The notes beneath the pieces were generated by a model, which did not search any database, had not been told where the DNA came from, and was given only the letters and a program-made list of their open reading frames with translations. 33,212 nt of DNA from Bigelowiella natans CCMP2755 (taxonomy: Eukaryota > Protista > Cercozoa), in NCBI GenBank assembly GCA_000320545.1, contig ADNK01003478.1, positions 1-33,212 on the forward strand. The letters are read 5' to 3'. Of the stretch, positions 12,076 through 29,200 are shown piece by piece; within the stretch, counting starts at the first letter, position 1; each line of letters begins with the position of its first letter. Both the position numbers and the translations under genes were made by a program.

Positions 12076-12389
12076 ACTAGCTAGTGACAAACCCTCAAAG
12101 TACGTTTCTTACTGTGATCGGGTAAGTGGAAGTACAGATTCTCATTTTATACAACATTTTATAAAGGTGGCATCTATTTGAATTCGACTTAGACTCGGGT
12201 TGGATGGTACCACACGAAAAAGGATGATAAGTTGCTTTACGGGTGCTAACCTTACTAGCTAAGCTTGTCTGCTGCATCTAGTTGCGTGCAAATCTCTGCT
12301 CATTCACAATCTCGGCTAGCTTGAATCTCCTTCAATCGTTCTAGCGTTCGCACAAAGAAACGGTCTCTGTACTTCGTCGCCCTCAACTG

Positions 12390-17918
<5,529 letters not shown>

Positions 17919-19668
17919 GTCGATGAAGGAGGAGGGGTAGCCGCTTTGTACACCGGGAGGGGGATAGGGACGCGTGGTGGGCCTAGAACCCACGGATGAC
18001 GTAAACCATTGGCCTGACGGAAGCTCTCGGTACAGCAGATGCTTTTCAACTGTCCGTCCTTCTGACTTTTTATTTTAGATGTTTTTGGGTAATTAAAATG
18101 CGTTTTTTTCTGCGACAGGAGTTAGTTGCACAAGAGAAAACATTGGCGTAGAGTTGTCGCAGCTGGTTCATGTGGGTTGTTGAGTCGATGTTTCTCAACC
18201 CCGCTAGTTTGCTAGTCAGTCCTCACCATGCTGACAAGTCCTCGCAATGGTTTTCGCTTTCAGGCGCTGATGCATGCAAACGCTTCTCTCCCATGACTTG
18301 TTCTTGCGTGGTTCTTGCGCATGTGGATTTCTAGATTTGCATCAATGCTCAGTTCAACAGTGACGTTCAATGTTCAATGTTCAATGTTCACGACGCTCAA
18401 AGCACACAAGCGATTGTTTTTCCACGTGCTGGCGTGCAGCGGAGTCAGCTCAGTCAATTCCGGAAATCTCGCCTCTCTGGCTACGTTTCAAAACCCTCTT
18501 CGCTTAAAATCAACTCAGTGTTGTCGTCCCAGTTGGGAGTGGCCAGGACGTCACATGATTGCTTCGAACAGGCAGGTTGTGCCTGCAATGTGCATGGCAA
18601 CGCAACGTTGAACTTTGAATTGTTGCAACGTGGCAAAAAGCACGTGCACGAGAAACACGAGTGCTGCATCGCAAGCCCTCATGATGCGCGATTTTGCCAG
18701 ATTGGGCTAGCGGGCTTGCCAGCGTCTGGAGTGTGGCATGCAGAAAGCATGAAAACGAACATGCACTTGTGTCCCGTTTGCCAGTTTGGTCAGTGTGCGT
18801 GAAGGTGGTTTTTGCGATGCGCTGCGCTGGCTGTTCAATGCTCATCACGGCGTTGCAATTCAAATCAATGTGACAGCAATGTTTGCCGCAACGATGGATC
18901 GCACAGCTGACAGGCTAGCAGGCCACATCTGGACAGACACGCAAGTCTGGAAATGCTGCGCTTGATTGGCTTTGCATGTTTCCCATGCTAGCATGACGAT
19001 GCATGCTCATTGCACATGCAATGGCAGCTAACACTAGAACATGATGTTGGCTATCTGCTAACACGTGTGTCTGTCCACCAGTCCATGTCGCATGCATGGG
19101 CATTGCAAACGACTTCATTGCAACGTGTTCAGTGAGCTAGGAGGAAACTCGTGATGCGGGCATCTCATTGGGGCAACACTGATGAGAGCACATGTCTCTT
19201 TCACTTGATCAATCAACAGCCAACAATGGTAATGACACGAAGTATTGGTTGCAGGCGATCATTAATCAGCGCTGCTCTGCCTGCAAATGCATGTGTTTCA
19301 TGACACTTTGTATTAGTGTCCACTTCAATTTGTTGCAGACGTCGGAATGCATGTAGGCCATCCGCCAACTGAATTCTTTGCCACCGCAATGCCCTCAATG
19401 GACCAATCACAACTCGTCTTTGCCCGGATCTCCACTGTAAGTGATCCAACCCGGCTGAGTAGTGTTGTGGACGAAAAAATGTTGTTTTGTACTGGTGTGG
19501 CACAAATAGACAGCCCCCTCTCCTCCCCCATGTAAGCTTATATCAATCTCGGGTTTACAGAAACACAAAGTACATCATTTCTAAATGAACAAGAACAGTA
19601 CTCTGTAAGAATTTAACATTTTAAAGGAGGGGAGAGGCTTGCTCACATATTGAAAATTATAAGAAACT

Positions 19669-21562
19669 TAATCGACCAGAGACTTCCCCGAAGGAGCTGG
19701 TCCCTGTCTGCTAACGTCTGTTCTAATGCCTCCATGCGTTTCCATGTCCTGAACAACAGTCAAATCTCAAACTATCATCATCGCCGCCGCCGAGGTGAAT
19801 TTTTGCTTGTCATCACCATTGTTTTAGTATTAAGGAGAAATTCCTTAATCGCGAAATATCTCATTTTTTTAACATGATAATTAATGATGATGATGATCTA
19901 TCAACTCTTCAATTTTGTGTCACACCACAGGTACGCCATCCTGCATTATCATCGGGCTACTTCTTTCTCCATTGGAAGCAGGGAGCAGGTTAGTTTCGCT
20001 GCAGAGATCTGTTGCTTCTTGACAAACTGATGTATTTGAGTAGGATATCTACATCATATTGGATAACGTTAAATAATGATTTCTTTGCAGCAACCAATGT
20101 TAGTTTCCACCAACTGCCGTCCACCACCTTTTCGTGCAATGTCAACGAGCTCTGCGTTCGGATTCTGTATGTAGCACGCAGAAAGTGTTATTAAATGGTA
20201 TTCATCTTGCCCAAACCAAACTCAAAGCAGCATTACTTCGAGGAATGCCCTCTCCACTAATTCATCTCTTCCGTCATCGAGCTGCAATAAAACGTTCGGG
20301 GAACGTTAGCAAGTAAGAAATGATGATAAAAATGGCACATACACTCACAAAGGAGCAGGATGTTCCTATACAATGTATCGATACTGCTACTCATGCCGCG
20401 GTTTGTTAATAATCATATGTTAGATATAATAACTAAGGATCATAACCATCGCGTGAAATAAAGAATAATATATACAGCACAACGTCCAGAATCCTACATT
20501 GCACACTCCGACGCTACTAATTTTGTTGTTGTGCATTTAAAGTACCACATCCCTACAGGCCTTCATCATCTTCGGAATTGCACGAAAGATCGCATAATGA
20601 GGTGGAGGAGGAGGAGGGAAAATCGAAAGATTAGAGGGATCAGCAACTGTAGCAATGTAATACACAAAACACACATAAGTAAAGTTTTGTATTAACACAA
20701 AAGCAGTTCTGGACGAATGCATGGTGTAGGTAACAGCTTGCTCCTCCTCACGTTGTGGAGCGGTTCAATGCTACCAAAGCAGCGACTGATTGTGCTACAC
20801 ACTGTTTAATACCAACCTTCGGAGGAGGATAATCATATATCCGCAGCTTCTCGACAGCGCAGGCTGTTGCGACAGCATCAATAACCTGATCCATCGTGCT
20901 TTTGTATTTAGGCTGAAGAATCACAGACGTATATCGTTCGGATTGTGTTTTGATGCTGGTTAAGTGCTGCAGCAGTGCCATTCTCGAAAGTGGGACCTTT
21001 ACATCGAAACTACTGTTTTGACACCGCTGCTCTACCTACCCTTGCCTCATCCGTTCTCCATTTCTTCACTACTCGGTCAACTTCTACAATGATGGCCTTT
21101 CATCATTTGGGAAATGGCCGCAAGTAATAAGATCATTAGAGCAACGAATTAAAACAAAGCAATCATCGTCAATTTTCATAAACTGTTGTCTACCTCGCAG
21201 GCATTGCACATGGCTCTTGGGTCGCGAACAGCTTGTTTTCTGTAAAATTAACGTTTGTACACATATATACGCGTCAGAATTTAGTTATTTCATCGTTTGC
21301 TGTCAACTATGAAGGATAAAAGCTATTCACACGTATTGCTGAGTCATCTTTATGGGTGCGAAAGTAGTTTTTAGGAGGTGAGAGGAGGGCGATAATTATG
21401 GTGTTATAGTAAGTGTCTTAAATTATGTACGTGTTCTAGTTAATTCACCACCTTTGCTTTTTTTTTGGTTTTTTCCTCTTCTTCGCCTCGTTAACTTCAA
21501 GTACACTGTGATTTTCATCGTTGAGAATGTGAGAGGGGCAATCCCTTCTCCAAACCCCCCCC

Positions 21563-21632
<70 letters not shown>

Positions 21633-21637
21633 ATAAA

Positions 21638-21676
<39 letters not shown>

Positions 21677-21878
21677 TAACTATGCATAATATACATATGA
21701 ATATGTAGATACCAATTTGTGTCCCTCTCTTCTTTCCATCCCCCCCACGCTCTCAACTCTGCCCCAACTACCTCATCAGGACTAAGAATATAAGGAGCAG
21801 TCTGAAGCAACTAACACGAGTATTTGTCCTGCCCCAATACTCCTTAGCTGGTCGAGTTATATCACGGAAGATTGCCAT
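19669..21878 (-). CDS. Putative secreted/ER Canopy (CNPY)/saposin-B-like protein; C-terminal exons uncertain
   Basis: Exons 21772-21878, 21452-21505, 21194-21239, 21040-21096, 20813-20996, 20546-20646, 20237-20281, 20128-20164, then ~19927-20008 and ~19669-19749 (tentative). The first eight are phase-consistent. Peptide: signal-like CFRLLLIFLVLMSVLEVNEA, basic KKRKKPKKKQRK, then MCNACEAIIVEVD, DAVATAC, MMKACRDVLDDGRDELVERAF, DLCSET. This cysteine spacing resembles saposin-like Canopy proteins. The sixth cysteine was not located. Confidence 0.55.
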
Positions 21879-22518
21879 CAAGAAGAGATCGATGACTCCA
21901 GTATTGGCTTTGATCTGATCCTCTCGCACGCACACCTGGTTATGGTAAACGGGTTGATCCGCTTGTTGCTGATGGATGGATGATGTCAACACCTACTCGT
22001 GTTCTGCGCAACACGTATACCTTCAATGAACTTTATCTTATAGCCCTCCTTCACAAATCACCTCGCAGAGGAAAAGGTGAGCGACGTTTGATCGTAGTAT
22101 TATCCCAGTTCCCCCCTGTACTGGCGTTCGCGATATATTTTCACTCAAAGATCATTGTCGCACCACCGAAATACAGACATCTTAAAAGATCGGCTCAGAA
22201 GAAAGAGATAGAATCAGTCTGTTTTTTCAAACTTTTCGAAAAGAAACGCTGTGGAAAACACATCCCTTTTTTGTGCGTGAGACTGACGACCATGGTGTCG
22301 AATTAGGAAAATATGGCACCGTTTACGGTCTGGTGGAAAGATCGGGCAATCATTTTGAATCTTAAATCCGGCAACAGAAAAGGTTGCAGACGATTTAGAG
22401 AAGCAAGATGAAGAAAGTGCAACATCACTTCTCAAACGAACGCAACAAGGGATATCGAGTATCATCGTATTCCAAACAACTTTAGAAATACTTCTCGAAT
22501 CTATCGTCGAGGTAGAGA

Positions 22519-24897
22519 ATGACTGAAGCACGCATCGAGAGTATCTACGGTGAGCTTAAGGAGCTCTCTGTCGACGCGGAAGGACACCATTCAAGAATCT
22601 TGGAACGGCTCTGTGAGCTGGATGGAATGAGTATTTCCGCAAGGACTCTTGGAGAAACGATGATACCAAAAAAACTAAAAGGGTTACAGAAACTTTGGGC
22701 GGGGAAATTGAAGAGTAAAGCGCTCAAGCTAAGAGCAAAGTGGAAGAAGATATTTAGAGGCGGAGAGGAGAATGACGATTCAAAGAATATCGGAAGGTAT
22801 TTTATCAAAGTTGATCGAGTAGGTAGGTCGAATAAGAAATCGCTTCAGCTGACGTCTCCTGCAACACTGAAACTTGGGGGTCTCTGGGGGAAATCACTGA
22901 TTACATACAAGGGTCAGACCTATAAGCTCAGTGTACTTAAATCGCTAATGCAGAAGGCCTTGAGGCAGAACCATCGATCGTTCTCTTTATCGGTTAAAAT
23001 CATAGTAGAAGCGACGAAGTCGTACATGCAGGAAAATCGTAATCTCGAAAAGAAAGATCTTACTAAAGTCAAAAGCATATTGACGAATGTGGTGAACCGC
23101 TTATTGGTTATGGGTGTGGAGGAGGGCTCATTACTAATGCTAGTCGAGGAAGATAGGGCCAAGTTGGTGAAGGCATTTAAAAGGGCAAAAGGACTCTCAA
23201 TTAAAAAGATATCTTGGTCACTTTTGGAGCCATTGTGCTCTCTCCTAGAGAGGTGCGGGCCCATCCACTGTCGTGTGGTGTCTTACGTGTGGGCGCTCAC
23301 ACGCATCATCTCTCGATTCAAGACACACCCAAAGCACGTTGCGGCAGCTCTTGTGCAGTGCAAAGCTTCTTCGAGTCTCGTAAGTCGGCTTAGAACGCTA
23401 GCTCAAGAGACAAGGCTGCCCGAGTTTAACGAATTCTTGGAGGGGAGAGCACACTCTCTGGCTGGACTGGTGTCGCGATCGATTAGAGACTTTATAAACA
23501 TCGTCCCCAAGAATGCTGAATTCGGGAAGCGAAAGATGCAGTTTACAGGCGCAAGGCTTGCTTTGCGTTTCAAGCATGTATTTGGTGCGCAGCACATGTT
23601 ACCACCATCACCAGGTGACACACATGATGACGATAAGGAAGATAACCTTCCTACCCAAGAGGAATTGCAGGAAATGGGCGTAATCGATAGACACTGTGGT
23701 GGGAAAAGATCGAAGCATTTCTTTGCGGTGAAAGGAGCAAGGACACCTCATCTTCTGAAACATATCAGAGAAACAATATTGACCTTTTCCGAGAGGGCGA
23801 GGTTTACTCTTGACGAGCTCGAGACGGTATATATTGCTGAGAAGTTGAGCTTTGAGGTTGAACCAGAAGCTGAGTCAGGCGAAAAGGAAAACGTGAATGA
23901 AGAGACCTTACATGAAAAGGAAAGAGGTTTCGATGGCAAGCACATGGAAGTTGAGAAGTACCAGGGTAGGGGAGAGGATAAGAATGAGAAAAGGCAAGAT
24001 ATCATATCGACTGAAGCATTTCAGCAGCTTGGATTTAAAGGGTGGACTCTCCGAGTAGACACCAAAATGGTTCGGGGCCACAATGCGCAATTTGATGAAC
24101 ATATCCTTGACAAATTAGACAGCAGTCTTCCTCTCTTCTTCCTGAGACACGAGACGAATAAAGAACTAAAAACTCTTCATGAAATTCTTCGTGAAATGGT
24201 CAGTATTCCGAAATTACAAACCGTAGTGTCACTATCTAGAAAAGAGTGGGAGCCTATTAACTCCTTTCTCCAGTGCCACGCTCTTGCTTCAAGTCGTTAC
24301 AAAGACAAAGTTCTCAAGTCAACATCAAATCATACCAATCGCTCAGAAAGCCATTACATATTCTTGCAAGAGTTTATCTCTCAGATGACTAAGTTTTCAA
24401 AGTTACCGGACAAGCTTTTGCAATCTCGGGGGCCATTGATAGGGAAGCAGCTCCTTGAGCACTGTGTAGTGAATTATCTCCTGCCGCTGACAGACTTCAA
24501 TGGGACGAATTTAGGATTTGATTCTGCTTCGGGAATGACAATAAGATACGATTTGATGATCGAAAATAACATTAGTAAAGGGTTGAACACAAGAAAAAGA
24601 AAAGGTTTTGCAACTGCACAAGGCTGGAGCAAAAGATTTCGTGATCTCATAGGGAAAGCTATTCTGAAAAATGAGACGTTAGTGCTGGAAACATGTGAGC
24701 GTGTCTTCAAGGTTTTGGAAGCGAGGGCGGACAAGGACGATTCGTCTTGCCCGCTTTCAAGTCGTTTCCTGAGCTTTGCTCGTTCGACAGAACTCGGGAA
24801 AATGTTTGAGAAGAACAGATCTACCGAGCAGAGGGATGTAGCTGTGAAGGCAGCAAATGATTGCGCAGGAACCCTGCTTAAAAGAATGTCGTCCTGA
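22519..24897 (+). CDS. Intronless 792-aa hypothetical protein: TFIIS N-terminal-like helical bundle, MgsA-C-like helical region, and divergent kinase-like C-terminus
   Basis: Uninterrupted 2379-nt ATG-to-TGA ORF with ordinary globular amino-acid composition and no microsatellites. N-terminal ILERLCELDGMSISARTLGETMIPKKLKGLQK...KALKLRAKWKKIF fits the TFIIS-N/Med26 pattern. Internal motifs are LKSLMQKALRQ, NVVNRLLVMGVEE, IDRHCGG..FFAVKGA and TDFNGTNLGFD..IRYD. Domain assignments come from motif recognition only. Confidence 0.85.
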   Translation: MTEARIESIYGELKELSVDAEGHHSRILERLCELDGMSISARTLGETMIPKKLKGLQKLWAGKLKSKALKLRAKWKKIFRGGEENDDSKNIGRYFIKVDRVGRSNKKSLQLTSPATLKLGGLWGKSLITYKGQTYKLSVLKSLMQKALRQNHRSFSLSVKIIVEATKSYMQENRNLEKKDLTKVKSILTNVVNRLLVMGVEEGSLLMLVEEDRAKLVKAFKRAKGLSIKKISWSLLEPLCSLLERCGPIHCRVVSYVWALTRIISRFKTHPKHVAAALVQCKASSSLVSRLRTLAQETRLPEFNEFLEGRAHSLAGLVSRSIRDFINIVPKNAEFGKRKMQFTGARLALRFKHVFGAQHMLPPSPGDTHDDDKEDNLPTQEELQEMGVIDRHCGGKRSKHFFAVKGARTPHLLKHIRETILTFSERARFTLDELETVYIAEKLSFEVEPEAESGEKENVNEETLHEKERGFDGKHMEVEKYQGRGEDKNEKRQDIISTEAFQQLGFKGWTLRVDTKMVRGHNAQFDEHILDKLDSSLPLFFLRHETNKELKTLHEILREMVSIPKLQTVVSLSRKEWEPINSFLQCHALASSRYKDKVLKSTSNHTNRSESHYIFLQEFISQMTKFSKLPDKLLQSRGPLIGKQLLEHCVVNYLLPLTDFNGTNLGFDSASGMTIRYDLMIENNISKGLNTRKRKGFATAQGWSKRFRDLIGKAILKNETLVLETCERVFKVLEARADKDDSSCPLSSRFLSFARSTELGKMFEKNRSTEQRDVAVKAANDCAGTLLKRMSS

Positions 24898-26222
24898 TGC
24901 ATTACGCTTTGAATGAAATGATTACTTTTTAATTGACATCGCTCAGATTTCTGACCACCAGTGACACACATCTGTAGCTATGTGACATGTACTAATCGTT
25001 AAGCGCAAACACAGCTCTTGTGATGGTGCACGCATCATCCGCACTAGTCGTCTAGGTGTTGTGGTGAGAATATGATGAGAAAGTACATCAAGGCGTGTTC
25101 ATGTTGGTTGTGTGAGCATGCTATGCAAGTAAATATTTGAGTAGCTGGAGGCTAGTATGACACGGATGTAATGAATGAATTCAATCTTTTCAATGGTTAT
25201 CCTAATGTAGCGACGCAAAGCAGCGTGGCTATAACTACTGTGGAGCGCTAATAATCGTAGACAGATACAATTGATTTTGTGACTAGTGTTTGTTGTTCGA
25301 TTCGTACGTACGTACATCACTGAGCTAGCTATAGGCCTGTGACGCTGTCATCTCAATGCTACCTTGAACATAGGACCTTTTCGTGCGCACTATAGCACAT
25401 GCCATTTGTTTATGCTAGTAATGGCGCTATGATGCTATGCTAGCGCGCATTGATGACACATGTGCGTGACACGCTAGCATGCACGCGCGGCGCGTGGGCA
25501 TCGACGCACGAATAAGCGAGCATCGAATACAGCATAGCGCACGTGGGCTCAAGCGTATGAGACGGATTGTGTGTAAGCGATGCAATAAAATCCTATCAGT
25601 AGTCTAATAATCATGCATGCTCGATGTATGTTCATCGGGCAGGGCGAACCGTTTGCGAGCGCGTAGGTGAGATGCCTACCTAGCTACCCCCTAGCACAAA
25701 ACACAATGCATGCCGACAAGTCGATCCTGTGACTACGTACGTATGACATTCAGTAGCTGTTGCCGATATCTATAGATATGCATACCCACTCGCACGCTTG
25801 CCACGCATTGGTACGCTTTGCTGGCATCGTATTTTATTGCTAGCGATATTAGCAAATAGCTAGTAGCTGCACAGTCATCTTCAAAACGACGATGAAGTTG
25901 TGCACATTGCATTAAACAATACGTCCAGACATGTGAGGAAAGTTCTATTGAGCAGCAAAGATCATACCCGACGTTTCACTTCATATGTAGAGACACAGAA
26001 TACATGTTTTGTGCCTATTCTTACGACTTAATTTGTGTTCATATTGCCCCACGCTTCGCTCAGCCATGATAGCATTATCTATTACCAGAACTTTTCATGA
26101 CTTTTTAGGCGTCCATTACTAATGTACTATTTGTATTCTGGCGACAGGAGCTGTATCACTCGGTGGGAAAATTTTATGAATTTTGGCAACATTTCTGCAA
26201 CATCATGCCAAGCGATAGGTCT

Positions 26223-29200
26223 TCATATTTCCCTGCCAGCTCTCTGGTCAAACATGCGTAGCACTGGATTAAATATCAAAGGCTTTCGTCGATCCCTTCC
26301 CCTGACAGCTCTGAGGAAATTCACTCGCCCCGTAGTCGAAGTACTCTCCCTGGTACTTGAACCCTCAGTGGCCACACACACATCCACACAGCGCATCAGA
26401 GTGCGGAGTTGGTGTGAGAGCAGCATGTCCTTTTCCTCTCCATCATTCCTCCTTCCTCCTCCTCCTCCTCCTCCTCCTCCATCCTGGCTCTTCAAGGAGG
26501 ACGAAGCAGGATTTGCGGAAGCACAGTGGTGATTGACTTCAGCCTCAATGTGGGTTAAGAAGTTGCGATATGGTTTGGCCTTGGATAAGGCGAGAGCTTT
26601 AAGCGCACTCTTATGCGAGTATTTCTTTACAATATCAGGGAGCATGTTGGTTGCTACGTTCTCCATCATCCTGCTGCTACTACTACTACTACTACTACCG
26701 CCTAACCCCTTCAACACACCAACTACAAATCGTGGCTTGTCGCTGGGATACGTCACTGGAATGGCGACGACGAAACACACCTGCACACTTCCACTGTTAG
26801 CAGAGACAACGCCTTTTGCGTACATCTTGATGCCCTCGCGACTCAGTGGCGCAAATGAGCCTCTGAGCTTCTCAAATAGCCCGAGTGCGTCTGCTTCCGT
26901 GATGGGTGCCTGGAATTTGATCAGCTTAGAACGGATCATCGGGGGGGGAGGGCCGTTTTGGTTGTGGGTCTCTTGCTGCTGCATGCTCGGTGGAAGCTGC
27001 CATCTTATCAGCATCTTGATCTGTTTGCCTAGAGATATATGAGCTCTCACTCGGTTGCAAAGCCGCGATAGAACGCCCCGGAGATTCACAAGAGTGGGCC
27101 CTCTCGCTTTGTTATCATTGTTGTTATCATCCGTGCTAATGCTGCTGCGGTTGCTACTACTACTACACAGGGCTTGTACCCAGTCATAAGCTTTACTGCC
27201 AGGGTATGCTGCTACTACTGATGATGGTGGAGATGAGGATGATGACGATGATGCTGCACAAATGGGATTGCTATTCTCCGCGTCCTCCCCCCTTCCACTA
27301 TCATCACCTCCACTGCTGTTTGAGGGTTTTGGAAGCTCTGGAAAGAGGCCAGAAAGGATGGCTGAATCAAGCGCTCCGCTCTTTGTTTTCAACCAGGAAT
27401 AGACGACAACCCTGTCCTTCTTCTTAGAAGAGGAGGGAGAGGAGGAGGAGGATATCTCTGTTTCCCCTCCTCCTCCTCCTCCTCCTCCTCCTCCTCCTTC
27501 CCCTTCTTCTTCAGCTGCAAAGCTCAGAGCGAGCTGTTCTCCATGGCATGCAATATCCATCGATAGGATGATGATTCGTCTCTTTTTTCCTTCTTTTTCT
27601 CCTCCTCCTCCTCCTCCTCCTCCTCCTCCTCCTCTGCTATCATCTTTCTCTTGTTCCCTGCTGCCCTCTTCCACATCTTCCATCATCTCTCCCTCCTCCG
27701 GCTCCTCTCCTTCCTCCAATTCAGACCTCCTCATATCGTCCTCACCGCTGTCCAACACTCCCCCTCTCCGCTGCTTATTCGATGTTGATGACGGTGAGGT
27801 AGAAATGCCACTAGGGGTCATAGCAGCGACACGTAGCTGTTTCAATGGTTTGGTATATATGTGCATAAGGGATATGGCGGCTTTATAAAGGCGTGCAAGG
27901 GGGGCGGGCAGAACTGAAACGGGCTCTCCCTGCACCGAGAGGCCTTGGAACTCTGGCGGCAGCAGGTCTCGCACCATATGGCAATCCTGAACAAACATTA
28001 GGCCAACAACAACAACATGATGATGATGATGATGACGATGATGGAAAATAGCGTGATATCTTCGGATATAACTAAAGAATGTTTACGTCGCGACGAAGAA
28101 TGAAAATGAGACAAAAACCAGCAGCGACTTTATATCCATGAGCGTTTCAAGTTGCGGGTAGATATATAATCGGTTGCTGGTGGTATAAAAGAACTACCTG
28201 ATACAACTCTCGGATTTGCTGACCAAGCCCATCAAGAAACCTACGCTTTGCCGTATTCTCCTTACGAATGGCCTGGTTTTCCTCTCCCAGCTGCTTAAGC
28301 TCTCCAAGCAACTGCTTCCTTTTCCCCAATTCCGCTCTCAGAAGGGCAAGCTCCATCTCGTGGCTTTTCTTTTCGTAGCGTGACGCAGCTTCAGGGTCTT
28401 GAAGAAGGAACTCGTCCATGGAGAGGAGGTTGGTGGGCGCTTTGAACCGGAAAGCACGACAGCTAGCGATCAGTTTGCGTAAATGCGTCTGATGGAGGAT
28501 GATGATGATTAAACATTAATTTTGCCAAAAAGAGAGAAGAAGAAGAAAAATGTCAGCATGAAGAATAAACACTTTGAGGGAGGGGGGGCAAACCACCACA
28601 CATCGAGATACATCGCCACAACGGAGGCAGATGCAAGGAAAACGACGATCTGCTCAATGACTCTCGTATCACCACCATGACTGAAGAGAGAAAGAGAGGG
28701 GGGAGGGGTTAGGAAAATGTACTCGTTCGTATGCAAGACTCTGCAGGAAAAGGTTGAGATCATCCAGAGCTCGATTCTACGTTACGATAAATGATAGCGA
28801 TACAAATCATGATGAGGACAGAAGTTAATCAATGAGAGGGGGAGGAGGAGGAGGAGGAGGAGAAGAAGAAGAAGAAGAAGAAGAAGAAAAAGACATTCCT
28901 ATGATGATGCTGCTATGATCACCCATTCAATTACTACAAACATTCATTATCCTCGTCCTCATATTCATCATCATCTTCATAATTATTATTATTATTATTG
29001 TCGTTATATTCTCAGCAAAACCTTATCTTGAGTCGAATGTTTGACCTTCTCCGTAAGGAGAGTGAGGGTTCGATTGAGCTGCTTCAACTCCAAGAAATAC
29101 ATCATCGCCTCTGTTTCTTTCCTGTGTTGGGGGGGGGAGGTTTCAGGTCAATGAAAACTGGGAGCTTCGGAGAGCTCGACGAAATGTAAGACGTGTGTAA

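Noticed and set aside
19213-19531. Minus-strand ORFs loosely suggestive of a viral capsid or helicase fragment
   Set aside because: The resemblance is limited to a few residues, with no diagnostic motif.
22545-24971. Minus-strand ORFs of 64-165 aa opposite the 792-aa ORF
   Set aside because: Antisense shadows of the long plus-strand ORF.
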